DNA of 64,000 nt from Vicugna vicugna. Its lineage: Eukaryota. This document shows, piece by piece, positions 50,962 through 61,869 of this stretch. Where the stretch lies: positions 868,001 through 932,000 of the forward strand of contig MU058221.1 of the NCBI GenBank assembly GCA_013265495.1, written 5' to 3'. How positions within the stretch are numbered: position 1 is the stretch's first letter; every line of letters starts with the position of its first letter. Made by a program: the position numbers and the translations under genes. The notes beneath the pieces are model-generated. The model was not told the DNA's origin and searched no databases. It saw only the letters and a program-made list of their open reading frames with translations.

Positions 50962-53894
50962 CTTCAAACAAGGTAGAGTGTTGAAGGAGAGTTATTAAAA
51001 GGAATAAAAAAAATATCGGACTGCTCTTCACAGTGAAGAAAACATGCTGTGTATTTTTATGGATTACTACAAGAAAGAATGACCAGAGCAGGAGCTAAAA
51101 TCATTAATAGTCTATACACCATTTAATAAAGCCAAGTACATTGCAAAGTGGTAAAGTTATGATAATGGCCATGGCCTTATACCCTGGCCTCCAGGTGATA
51201 TCAGTGACTCTGGTCTAATGATGACTAGACTGCTAAAAATAGGAAAATCATCTGTCTTTGAAGATCAATGCCAAGGCTGTTAGATAATTACATAAAATCA
51301 ATTATATAGAATATATATACATATATATATATATATATTTATAATGTCACATATGTCATTACACACTTAACATAATTGATTTTATATAATTACATAAAGC
51401 CCTAAAAAGTAAAATTAAAATTAAGAGTCACACCTGGGTATTAGGAAGGACTGATAGAAGAGAGACTAGTTTACTGTAGAAATCATTACCTCCAGAAATG
51501 ACGTGCTCACAAACAAAGAAAAGATTCTAGAAAGCTTTAGACGGATTCAATGGTTAAGTCACAACACACAACCCTTAGACGATGAATTACAGTAAAAGAG
51601 AAAAGAACAAAAATGTCACGCCTTCAGTCTTACCAAGACTTTATATATCCTGCTGTTAGTCTTACAATGATAAGTAATAATTAATTATTTTCTGTATGTA
51701 GCACACTAGTTATGAAGGTAATGTTTTATTTGTACACATAAATAATTGTCAACTTCTCTAAACTCTTAAAACAGCAAACACATGAAGTTTAAGGACAGTT
51801 AATGTACAGGGAAACCAGTTTTTGGTACACCTACAACAAAACAGTGTATTTTTATCAGCTGAGAATTCACACAAAGTACAGCAACTTCAATAATAAATAA
51901 TAAACTGATCTGTAATAGTAACTATTATATGTCTAGTTCATAGGATTGAAAGACAATTGTGATTAACTCTATCAACAGTGATCTGGTCGAAAAGAACTCA
52001 AGATATAATCATTTTGCTAGGACTAAACCTTTTAATTAAGATGCCATTTCAACAAGACAGGCCTGTTACATTTACAGTTGGCTAAGTATAATGATTTTTA
52101 TGAATTTTTGATCCAGCCAGAGTTTAGGACAGTTAAAGAAGTCAGATAGATCAAAGGTACCTTTAAATATAAAAAGTCAAGCTTATTAAATATGCCCTTC
52201 TGAGCAGGCAAGCATGAGAAATTTGAAATACACTTTGCCTCTCACAGCAACTTCATATTATACAGACTCAACCCTCTAATGAACTCCATTTGTTGACTCA
52301 TGCAAGAAAACAAGGTAATTGCATTATCTCAGCCCTACTGACTTTTCAAACCATGGGGTTACAGCAGTTACGCTCAATACTTGAAATGAAATATATTAAA
52401 AAAATAACCAAGTTGCTTTGAGGAAATTGGGGCATAACCTTTTCAGATAAAAGAAAATGAAAACTCATTGAATTGGAAAAGTCATATTTCTATTAGGGGC
52501 ATTTAACTCATGAAATAAATATAAAAAACATCACCACTGCTCTTGCAAAGTTATCAAAGGGATTAAAAATAACATACAGGTACATTCTAAAAATTAACTG
52601 AGTCATGTTTAATAGAAAACATAAGGCCAGAATATTTAATGTTTATCTATTTTAGATTATTTTTTGCATTTAATATTATCTTATTCCCTTTATGAATATT
52701 TTTCTCCCCTGAACATAATAAAGTGAATAAGCACGTATTTACTGAATATTTGTAATATACTAATTTAATTTGAATTTCCTCCAAATGGGAGCAGAGTAGA
52801 GACTTTGTTTGGATTATTAAATGATTATAAAGAATTAATGGTCTACTGCAATTATAGCGAAACTGTATGTATAGCAAGAATATTGTCAAGTTGTTATGGA
52901 GATTTAAACTCTTGTAACTAATGAAACAGTTGTATAAATGGTATCTTTCACTAAATTTCTTAAAATTCAGAAGAGCTAGTTCACAAAAATGAAATGAATA
53001 TATTCTTTTTTTCAGAGCCTGTCATTTACAAAATATATCTAAAATATATACAGACCATACTACCAAGCTATGAAATGAACAAAACATATGTATTCCAGTA
53101 GACTGGTAAATTTTGTTACAGCGTTGAATAAAAATGCCCAGAATAATTTTGACGTAGATGATATAATACAGAAATAAGTCATAGTGTGAGTTTAAAACAG
53201 CATTACAAAAATGCTTGTTCTGTGTGAAGGGCAGAAATAAAGCATACATTGGAATCTAAAATGATAATCTAAATGGTAGTGATAACTAGAAAGATGTAAA
53301 TTCAAGAAATCTTTTCAAAAAATAAAAGCTGTTCTTAGCATAGGCATAAACACCGACATATCATATAGAAGACACTTCCTCATTTGAGGAAGCTTGGGGC
53401 ATTTTACAAAAGAAAGTCTCATTTATAACAAGGGTATGATCTCAAAGCTTTCTGAAAAGCATAAGGTATACAGACCCTGTTGCGAGGGCATAACGCAGCA
53501 GAGCTAGAACTTAACAACAACAGACAGAAAACCAAAACGCCAAGCGCACAGCCAAACAATCCTGCCCATTGGAAGTTAACCGCTAGTGCTGAAAGTCACC
53601 TGAGGGAAAGTAAATCAAACCGCGCTTGCAGACTCTTTAGGAAGTAAGGAGGTAAGACAGAAAAGTGTTAGGTTCATGATCTTCAGACGGTGGCCAAGCT
53701 GATAGGAAGCTGAAAAAGTTGCCTGACCTTTTTAAGCCTAAGATTCTTTCCCTATGAAAGGTCCATAAAACCAGGACCCGATTCAGGATGTTGAGAAGAT
53801 TAGAGAGAATTCACCACTGAGAGCTCCTGGTGCTCTTAGGTTGAAGGCCTTCCAATGCTACAATCAGATTTTTCTCTCTCCCCCTTTCTCCTTC

Positions 53895-54537
53895 TAAGAC
53901 AGGAGAGAAGGGGGCAGGGCACAGCCACTCAAGAAATGACAGCAATTTAACACCAAAATGGTGGCAGATTTACCAAAATGGTGGAAGATTCAACTCCCAG
54001 TTGGCCTTGAGGATTAAGAGGTTTGACTTCTAGCAGACCTTGAGCTTCATTATATGCTACTTGTAACAGCGTGATCAATAACATGCCCGCAGGCGCCATG
54101 ACAGCCCCAAGGCTGATGGCAAAAGGCCAAAGAATGGGGGTGGCCAGATTCCTGGGAATCCCACCCCCCTCCCCAGGGTGGTTGGAATGGTCCCACCTGT
54201 AGGCGTGTGGAGCAACTGAGCCCATAAGAACTGGCAACACCATGCCTAGTGGCCCTTTTCTCTCCCTCCTCTTTGGAGACCGCCCACACTCTGTCTGTGG
54301 AGTGTGCACCTACTTTTACCTTAACCTGAGCACCCAATTCCCTTGCCTTTCTCTTGCCTTACACTCTGTGCAGTGTGTGTCTCTCTCAAAAAATCTACCT
54401 TTACTCAACTGTGGCTCGCACTTGAATTCTTTCCTGCGTGAAGCCAAGGACCCACACCTGGCGGGGCACGTCCCAGGGGCTCAGCTGAGACCTGGGACAT
54501 GGCTCTCCTCTTGCGCCACATCCATTTTCCTGCATCA
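53895..54537 (+). mobile_element. solo LTR, ERV1-class, copy 2
   Basis: TAAGACAGG (TG to TA change)...TGCATCA, perfect 4-bp TSD CTTC at 53891-53894 and 54538-54541. Confidence 0.93.
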
Positions 54538-54755
54538 CTTCGTTTCCCACTCTTCTTCCTCCTTTTTTTTTTTTTTTTACTATTTTTGCATGCTATGGAA
54601 GAAAGCCAAATATGGCCAAATAAAACCAAATGTGGAATTCATCATAGACTTATAGATTTATTTTTTTGTTGTCTAAAAAGAAAACTAAAAAATCTTTATT
54701 CTATTTAGGAACTTAGGAAAGTATTAACTATCATCCAGGAAGAAATCAGTAAAAC

Positions 54756-54944
54756 AATTCTATTGAATGAGAAGACATATTATTCTAAGGGTTACTATTT
54801 TCCCAAAAGTAGTGCCTAAAATCAGTGCAGACTTTAAACAGAATTATATTTAGAAATGAACAGTAGAAATATGTTAGCGATATGTACTTTCTTAAAATAG
54901 CAAAAGTGTTAATGATAACAGCACATCAATACTTTGTGCTGCAC
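54756..54944 (+). repeat. dispersed duplicate, copy B, within an old L1-like fragment
   Basis: colinear with 42772-42970; gaagac...tattctaagggttactattttcccaaa resembles degraded L1 ORF2 sequence. Confidence 0.9.
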
Positions 54945-55033
54945 TGTGTGTGATGTAAAGGTCAGTGCAGTGCGGTTTTACATATGTTATCTCGTTTCAT
55001 CCTCTGAAAACAAAACCACATGGAAGGCAATAT

Positions 55034-55657
55034 TGCTGCAGGAAAATGGATGTGGGGCGTGAGGAGGGCCATGTCCCAGGTTTTGGTGGAGCCCCTGGGA
55101 CGTGCCCCGCCAGGTGTAGGTCCTTGGTCTCGCGCAGGAAAGAATTCAGGTTGAGTAAAGGTAGATTTATTGAGAGAGACACACACTGCATGGAGTGTAA
55201 GGCAAGAGAAAGGCAAGGAAAAAGGTGTGGGAATTGGGTGCTCAGGTTAAGGTAAAAGTAGGTACACACTCCATAGACAGAGTGAGGGCCATCTCCAAAG
55301 AGGAGAGAGCGAAAAAAGGCAGCCAGACATGGTGTTGCCAGTTTTTACTGGCACAGTAGCTTCACACGCCTACAGGTGGGACCATTCTAACCACCCTGGG
55401 GAGGGGGCTGAGGTTCCCAGGAATTTGGCCCCCACCCATTCTTTGACTTTTGCGGTCAGCCTTGGGGCTGTCATGGCGCCTGCGGGCATGTTCCTGATCA
55501 CAATATGTTACAATGCGCACAGAATGAAGCTCAGGTCTGCTAGAAGTCAAACCTCTTAATCCTCAAGGCCAACTGGGAGTTAAATCTTCCACCATTTTGG
55601 TGTTAATCACTGTCATTCCTTGAATGGCTGTGCCCTGCCCCCTTCCATCCTGTCTCA
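55034..55657 (-). mobile_element. solo LTR, ERV1-class, copy 3
   Basis: minus strand TGAGACAGG...TGCAGCA, perfect 4-bp TSD ATAT at 55030-55033 and 55658-55661, intact AATAAA at 55166-55171. Confidence 0.93.
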
Positions 55658-56569
55658 ATATCATTATTTGCATTTTACTGATGAAGCAGTAGAAATAGGG
55701 AAAATTTGAGTATTATTTTGAATGTCACAATTAGCACAAAATGAACCAAGCTGGACTATTCCAGAGATACTGTTTGATATTGATTCTGAAGGACTGTAAT
55801 TAAAGAAATGTGACACCGGGAAAGGAGAGAGGGATGAAATTGAATATTCTGCAAACAGGCCTGAGAATGTATTAAAAAATCACGTGGGCAAGAGATAACA
55901 CTGCTTGGGAGCAGAGAGTCTACTGGGGACAAAAATTTGGATTCTCTCCTAGCCTTTGCTAAGCGATTAAATATTTGCTGTAAAAATAAATTTATTTTGG
56001 ACATTGATTGCTTAGAATGCTAATGCCAAATAAAATAAAAGTCAGCAGCTCCTGTCTTGAAGCTTGCAAATCAGTATCAATTCAGAAATTATGAGTTAGT
56101 TAACTGATACTGAATTAATTCTTACAAAGGCAATGCAAATTCAGTGTATTTCTAATAGATGTAGTCTTGGATTACATACTATTTTCAAAACACCAAACTA
56201 TTCTCGGAGAAAAAAATATCCTCTAGTTCAGTGCAGATGCAGATGCCTTAGGAAAATTTAGGTATGTCTTCCTTCCTTAGTCACACAGACTTAGTTCTGT
56301 GGAAGTGGAAGTAATATTTAAATGAAGCTGTCCTGATTGGCCATTTCATATGTAAATTAAGAGGCACTCTCCCAAAGGCAGTGAAGAGTTGTTTTTGTGC
56401 AGTTGTGAACGCTGTAATTGCCTACATGTTTTACTCTTAAAAAATATTTCTCACAATGAGCTAAATATGCTAACGTAGTCTGTCCAAAGAACTTGACTGT
56501 GTTCATAAATTTGTATATTTTGATGAATTTGCGGGAAGTCTGTTTAATATCTAAACATTTCTTTCTCAC

Positions 56570-56612
56570 CTTGACCTGAAGATGATCTGGTGTAATTCAT
56601 TTAAACCAAATC
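56570..56612 (-). other. candidate minus-strand exon (43 nt)
   Basis: minus strand: gtaccttttcaattctaag|GAT...CAAG|gtgaga. Confidence 0.33.
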
Positions 56613-56789
56613 CTTAGAATTGAAAAGGTACATCCTTATTAACTATTGACTCGAATAATGCTCAGGAAAGCAAGGACTGAGGATTTTAAATATTTCATAC
56701 TTTTAAAATTATACCCAATGCCTAGAACAGTAACTTGATCCATGTAGATGCTCAAAAAAATACTCGATGAACACAGGTATGATATAGTT

Positions 56790-57095
56790 AGTTAATATGT
56801 TTGGATACGTACTATTTTCCAGGTACTGTGCTAAGAGTTTTGAATGGATTACCTTATTCTGTGCTCCTAATCGCTTGATTACTTAATACTTTTCTATTCC
56901 ACATTTACAAACGAGGGCTTAACTGTCAGCATTTCTATTAGTTATTTTATTTTGGGCAAGTCAATGAATCAGTTTCTCTCTCTGAGCCTCTCTCTCCTCA
57001 TCTGTAAAATGGAGGCAATAAGCTTATGAGGCCAAAATTGTTAGAAATAATGACGAAAATAATAAGTATTTATCATAGTGCTAGACACGTAGTTG
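56790..57095. mobile_element. two adjacent MIR fragments in opposite orientation
   Basis: tactattttccaggtactgtgctaag (minus) followed by ttgggcaagtc...ctctgagcctc...ctcatctgtaaaatgg (plus). Confidence 0.65.
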
Positions 57096-57489
57096 AAAGA
57101 CTGTATTTCAACGGGCCTTCAAATCGCACTTTGGTCTCACGTTTATAATTACATCTGATTTGCAATGGCAGTCATAGTTTGATGTTTTCTCGTTCTGTTT
57201 TGTTTGTACAAGCAGATGGCTTCTAGGCAACCGTGACTGTTCACTGTTTTCAGTCAATAAACCTTTTAAGGACCATTGGAGGCAGTGGGGTCAGTTCTGA
57301 TTATTGTCTAGGTGTTTGCTTTCAGCTAAAATCAAGAAAATATCGTCAGGAAAAGTTCAGAATAGAAGCCACTGGCTTGGATAACAAAATAAAACAAGAA
57401 AACGAACAAGTGATACAGAGACAACAGTGGACGTTATTTTCAGAAATTCGTGCGTGAAATGTGTGTGTGTGTATGTGGAGTTTTGGGGT

Positions 57490-57616
57490 ATTTTTTTGGT
57501 TTTGGTATTGTCGGGGGGTGAGTGTATTTGTTTATTTTCATGGAGGTCCTGGGGCTTGAACCCAGGACCCTGTGTGTGCTGAGCACATGCTCTACCGCTG
57601 AGCTACAGCCTCCGCC
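57490..57616 (-). mobile_element. tRNA-derived SINE, camelid Vic-1 type
   Basis: minus strand: gtagctcagcggtagagcatgtgctcagcacacacagggtcctgggttcaagccccagg (A and B boxes), then A-rich tail. Confidence 0.85.
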
Positions 57617-59229
57617 TTATCTGTGGGTATGTATTGGAGAAGATTCACAGTTTTCATCAGATTCGCCGATGCTTTAATAACTCAAACCACTGCTATGCTA
57701 GAGCGGGACAGGCTCGTTATTTATTTTTACTACAGGTATTTCTATTTTGGCTTTTTTTGAAACTGCAAATGTGTTTCAAGGCAGCTGATACGCGTATACA
57801 AATGTAATATATAGTTACATATACTATACATAGTTTTACATTATATGTATGCTGTAAGCAATGCATCCATCAGACGTAGATACATTTGCATCTATCTATA
57901 TACAAACATATTTTCTGATGTGAAACTTCACCTGCAAGAACACTAGGTGGACTCAGAAAATTGCACCCGGTTGAGTGCACCCAGGCGGCAAACACATTTC
58001 ATAGCCCACCAGCTCCCTCGAATCACTGCATTAACCGTGCCCACCCACATTCGGGGTCCAATTTTAATAACCCTCCCTCTATCACTGGGTAATATTCAGG
58101 AGCTCCAGTCACTCTGAAGTCCATTTTCATGAGCAAAGTTTAGATGCTCTTCAAGGTGATGCACCATATTTATTGCAGTATTTCTGTATTTCTTAACCGT
58201 TCAACATGTATAAAACTCGGGTCTACTTTTTACTAGGGTCTTCTGTATTTTTTAAGTGTGTCATACCCAAATACCACGTTTCTGAGTGTTGCGCCCCAAC
58301 CCCATTTGCCCACAGTGCTGTGGGTCTCATTGCACAGGTTTGTGTAGCACAGTGGCTTTTAGGAACACACACACGTAGCTATGTCAGAGCCGCTGCAGTT
58401 GGTGATGTAGGTGAATATTCTCTAGTTGTTGGAATCCGCTGCTTCCACTCGATGGCGTTTGTAACTAGCGTCGAATGTGGGCGTGTTCGCGTTGAAATAG
58501 CACCATTTATTTCTCAAACATTTTCCATAAGGAGCAGAGGAGGCATTACTTATTGAAAGAGCAGATGAGATGAGAGAACCATGGGGGAAACCGGAGAAAG
58601 GCGCAAAAGACCGAAGACAAATTATGAAAATGTTTCGGTTCCTTAATGGTTGGAGAATTAATTCCTTGCCCCCTCTCAAGGGGGTGGGAGGCAGGACAGA
58701 GACACAGAGACAGGTGCGTATCACACAGAAGGTGGCATTGGCTCCTCTGCTACCGTCAGGGCGAATGTGCATGAGAATCAGCCCCTGGGATGCGGAGGGC
58801 TCAGCGTCCCGACCTCCTGTCCCGCCCTGTGGTTCAACCGCAGGCCCCGCAGGGGTCCGGGCGAGCCCACAGCACGCCTGGCTCTGGGAGAGGTAAGCCC
58901 TCTGCCCCCATGATGAAACGGTTGCTCCTAATCCACACTGCACATCCCATAGCCTCGTCTTTAAACTATTCTTCAGCCTCGACCTCTGGGGGGAAAACGC
59001 TTCACAGTGTGCGCCTTGCATCATTCGAATCGTGCTATCACGGAAATCAAAATACGTCTTCCTAGTACCTCTGTTCACCTCTGCAGCCCGGCCTTTGCAG
59101 TTACCATTATCTGACGTGTTCTAATTGGAAAAGACCTGGAGAAGGAGGCCATGCATAGGATCCTTAACTCTTCTTATTTCTTTAGGTCTTTTCGCCAAAC
59201 AAAAACAGGAATGAAATGTTCTCTCGCAC

Positions 59230-59900
59230 AGACACGCACAGACGCACCCACGTATCACACAGGAAGCGAGCGCGTAAGACGCGTCGATACCAATCGCGCT
59301 GCCTCTGTCTCAGCAGCAGGGGGCGCGGCGCGGGGCCGCAGCGCGCGCCCCGACGGGCGGTGGGGAGGGGGGCGCCCCGCTGCTGCAGGGCCGGGCGCGC
59401 TGCCCCCACCCCGTCCGCTCCGGGCCTCTCGGAGGGCGGGCGACGCGCAGCGCTTGCCAATCTGGCTGCTCGCAGCCAAGAGCTACGCTAGCAAAGACCC
59501 GGACTGAGCCAAGCGCCGCTCCAAGCGCCTCCCGTGAGTGGGTCGGGGCGTCCTCACCCGGCGCCAGCCTTGCTCCCCAGGGGGCGCGTCGCCGGGGGGC
59601 CTGCAGAAGGGCCGCCCTGGCCGCCTGCTGTGCAGCCTCCGCGGTACATAAAGGGGGGGGTGGCTTTCTTGGCCGTGTGCGCTCGTGCCGTCGTTTCATT
59701 GGAATGAGGACTGAAGGTAAAGCAAATCTGGTGGGGATTCATGGCCGCCCCGCAGGCAGGTGACAGTGAGGGCCGGGGCGGGAGAAGCCGCCGGACGGGG
59801 GACTCAGCCGCCGCGCTTGGTGAGCGGCTGGGCTGGGAGGTTGCGTGGGGAGCGGGGTCGGACCCGACTTGGTTAAAACGTGTGGCTGTTCCGCGTGTCC
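59230..59900. promoter_or_regulatory. CpG island / promoter
   Basis: very high GC and CpG density relative to flanks, GC box ggggcggg near 59775, CCAAT near 59290, 59456 and 59698 (minus), splice donors on both strands. Confidence 0.88.
59558..59800 (-). other. candidate first exon of a minus-strand transcript (5' end approximate)
   Basis: donor CCGG|gtgagg at 59558/59557 inside the CpG island; ATGs at 59742 (gcggccATGA) and 59699; neither peptide recognised. Confidence 0.4.
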
Positions 59901-60041
59901 ATTAGAATCTCCGCTGGTTGCTCACCTCGTGCTCTAAATAAACGTAGTCATCCCAGAGGCGCAGCTTCCAACAGGCAGTGCGCAGGGGGTAGATAGTTGC
60001 CATCTTTGTTTCTTTAAAGAATTTTGAACCAGCTCTCTCCC

Positions 60042-60280
60042 TTTTGGGAATATATATAATATATTAACTATATAATGTATATAAAATCGATAAACAAGAA
60101 GCTCACGCTGTACAGCAAAGGGATCCATATTCAATATCTTGCAGTAACTTATAATGAAAAAGAATATGAAAATGGATACATGTGTGTCCATGTGCGACTG
60201 AAGCACTGTGCTGTGCCCCAGATACTGACACAGCATTGAAAATTGTATCTATATACATATGTACGTGTATATATATTTAT
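60042..60280 (+). mobile_element. L1 3' UTR fragment (artiodactyl/camelid type)
   Basis: ataaacaagaag...ctgtacagcaaaggga...tattcaatatcttgcagtaacttataatgaaaaagaatatgaa; related to 9982-10236. Confidence 0.8.
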
Positions 60281-60299
60281 AAAAATTACTTTAAGTACT

Positions 60300-60830
60300 G
60301 TTATCTCTCAGCGTATAATCCGTCTCTTCATGCGCACCGCTAATCCCATCACCTTCATTTCCCAGCGAGACTGTAGCCAGGAAATCCACACCAGCCTCCC
60401 TGCCTGGTTCATTTTCTGTGCAGAAGCCACAATGACGTGCTAAAATGTAAATCACACATACAGCTCTTCTACTTAAAGCCACTCAAACAGCTTTTAACTT
60501 CCCTTTGAAGTTTCCCTTCTGCTGCCTCGCACACCGCAAGGCCGCGGTCTTCCTGTCGTGCATTTCCTCACGACGCTCCGTTCTGCCGTCTTTCCCGCGC
60601 TCCATCCGCGCGCGGAGCCAGCGCGCTGCACCCGTTCTTGTGCCTCCGCGAAGCCCATTTTATTCCGGAATCAGTGCCTCGACCTTTATTGTTCCTCTGC
60701 CTAAAAATCCTCCCTGGATGCCATCACCTGGCCCTCTTCCCTTCATCATGCCTCGGCCCGGAGGCCAGTTTCTGGGAGGCGCCTTCCTGGGTCATCCTCG
60801 TTCCTGGCACAGGTTTTGCTTGGAGTTCAC
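60300..60830 (+). mobile_element. LINE-2 fragment, unusually CpG-rich
   Basis: ccagcctccctgcc...cagaagcca...taaaatgtaaatca...cttaaagccactcaa...gttcctctgcctaaaa. Confidence 0.55.
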
Positions 60831-61869
60831 TGTCTGCAGTACAGACACAGGTTCAGAGAACGGGAGTCAGGCTAGAAGCAGCGAGAACAAAACCTTCCCC
60901 AGGCGACAGAAACGCCACCTCTCTCATGCGTGGCATGGGTTTGAGCCCCTAGAATAACGCTGTTTTTAAAACCGAGTCCCGGGACACGTCCAGTGTATTT
61001 TCCACCCTCACGGACTGCAGACAGTCAATAATTATCTTCCGGATCCAGGATTTAAGACGGGGTCTATCAGAGACTATGTTGATCCCTGTTCGGATACGTC
61101 CAGCTCATGCACAGGAGTAAGAGGGAAGGTTTGAGTTGCTCTGTGTTCTGCTGCCGGACGGAGTGGCAAGGGAGCTGCAGCCAGAAAGAGCAGAGGCACC
61201 GTGTTCCACCTTCCTGCCAAATGACTTCTTCTTGTATCTCTCAGAGCAGCAGCCGTTAGCTGGGTCAGTGGCTCTCTGTAGAGCTGGCACCACGCCCTCC
61301 ACTGGGAGCCAGCCGTGGGCCCCAAGTGTAACCTGGGAGGCAGCGCCACTGGGGCGCTGTCCCATGCAACTGAGTCCAGTGTTTGGTAGGAACCTGGGGG
61401 AATGACGCAATCAATGTGTCCTTCCCATCACCTGCCCAGAGGCTGCCTTTGGTCCCCGCCTCTGCTGCTGTCAATGAAGGAATGTTGGTGGGGTTCCATG
61501 GGGCACCTACTACTCTTTGTATCCAGACAGACGTGCCCACCTTTCCAGAGACTCACTGGACGGTTGAAGTTGCTACAATTTGTTTCATAAAAATTCTTCA
61601 GTATTTAATCGCATTCCATTTTTTTTTTGTCATTTCAGTGGAAATTGAAAAATGAGGCATCCAAATTAAGACCATATGGCAAGTAATTGGCAACCCGATT
61701 GGGTGAGATTCCCCTCTGTGGTTCCTTGAGCCCAATTCCACTTCTTTACTGGGTCTTCGTCTCAGTCCAGTTCCAGGACGCTGGAACGGTGAAGGGGGGC
61801 CCAAATTAGGGGACCCAGAAGTTCCCCTTTAAATATTTGCACCCCGGCAAATATTCCTGTGTACACTAC

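Noticed and set aside
50859..51067. Extended exon encoding a type II membrane anchor (IFFLFLLITLL), glycosyltransferase-like
   Set aside because: The hydrophobic stretch is better explained as a translated polypyrimidine tract, and no catalytic-domain exons follow.
53895..55657. Single provirus or composite transposon bounded by two LTRs
   Set aside because: The LTRs are inverted, each has its own distinct TSD, and the spacer has no PBS, PPT or gag/pol/env sequence.
58422..59699. Long ORFs (218 aa and several of 90-130 aa) around the CpG island
   Set aside because: GC-rich sequence is depleted of stop codons, ORFs overlap in many frames on both strands, and no domain is recognisable.
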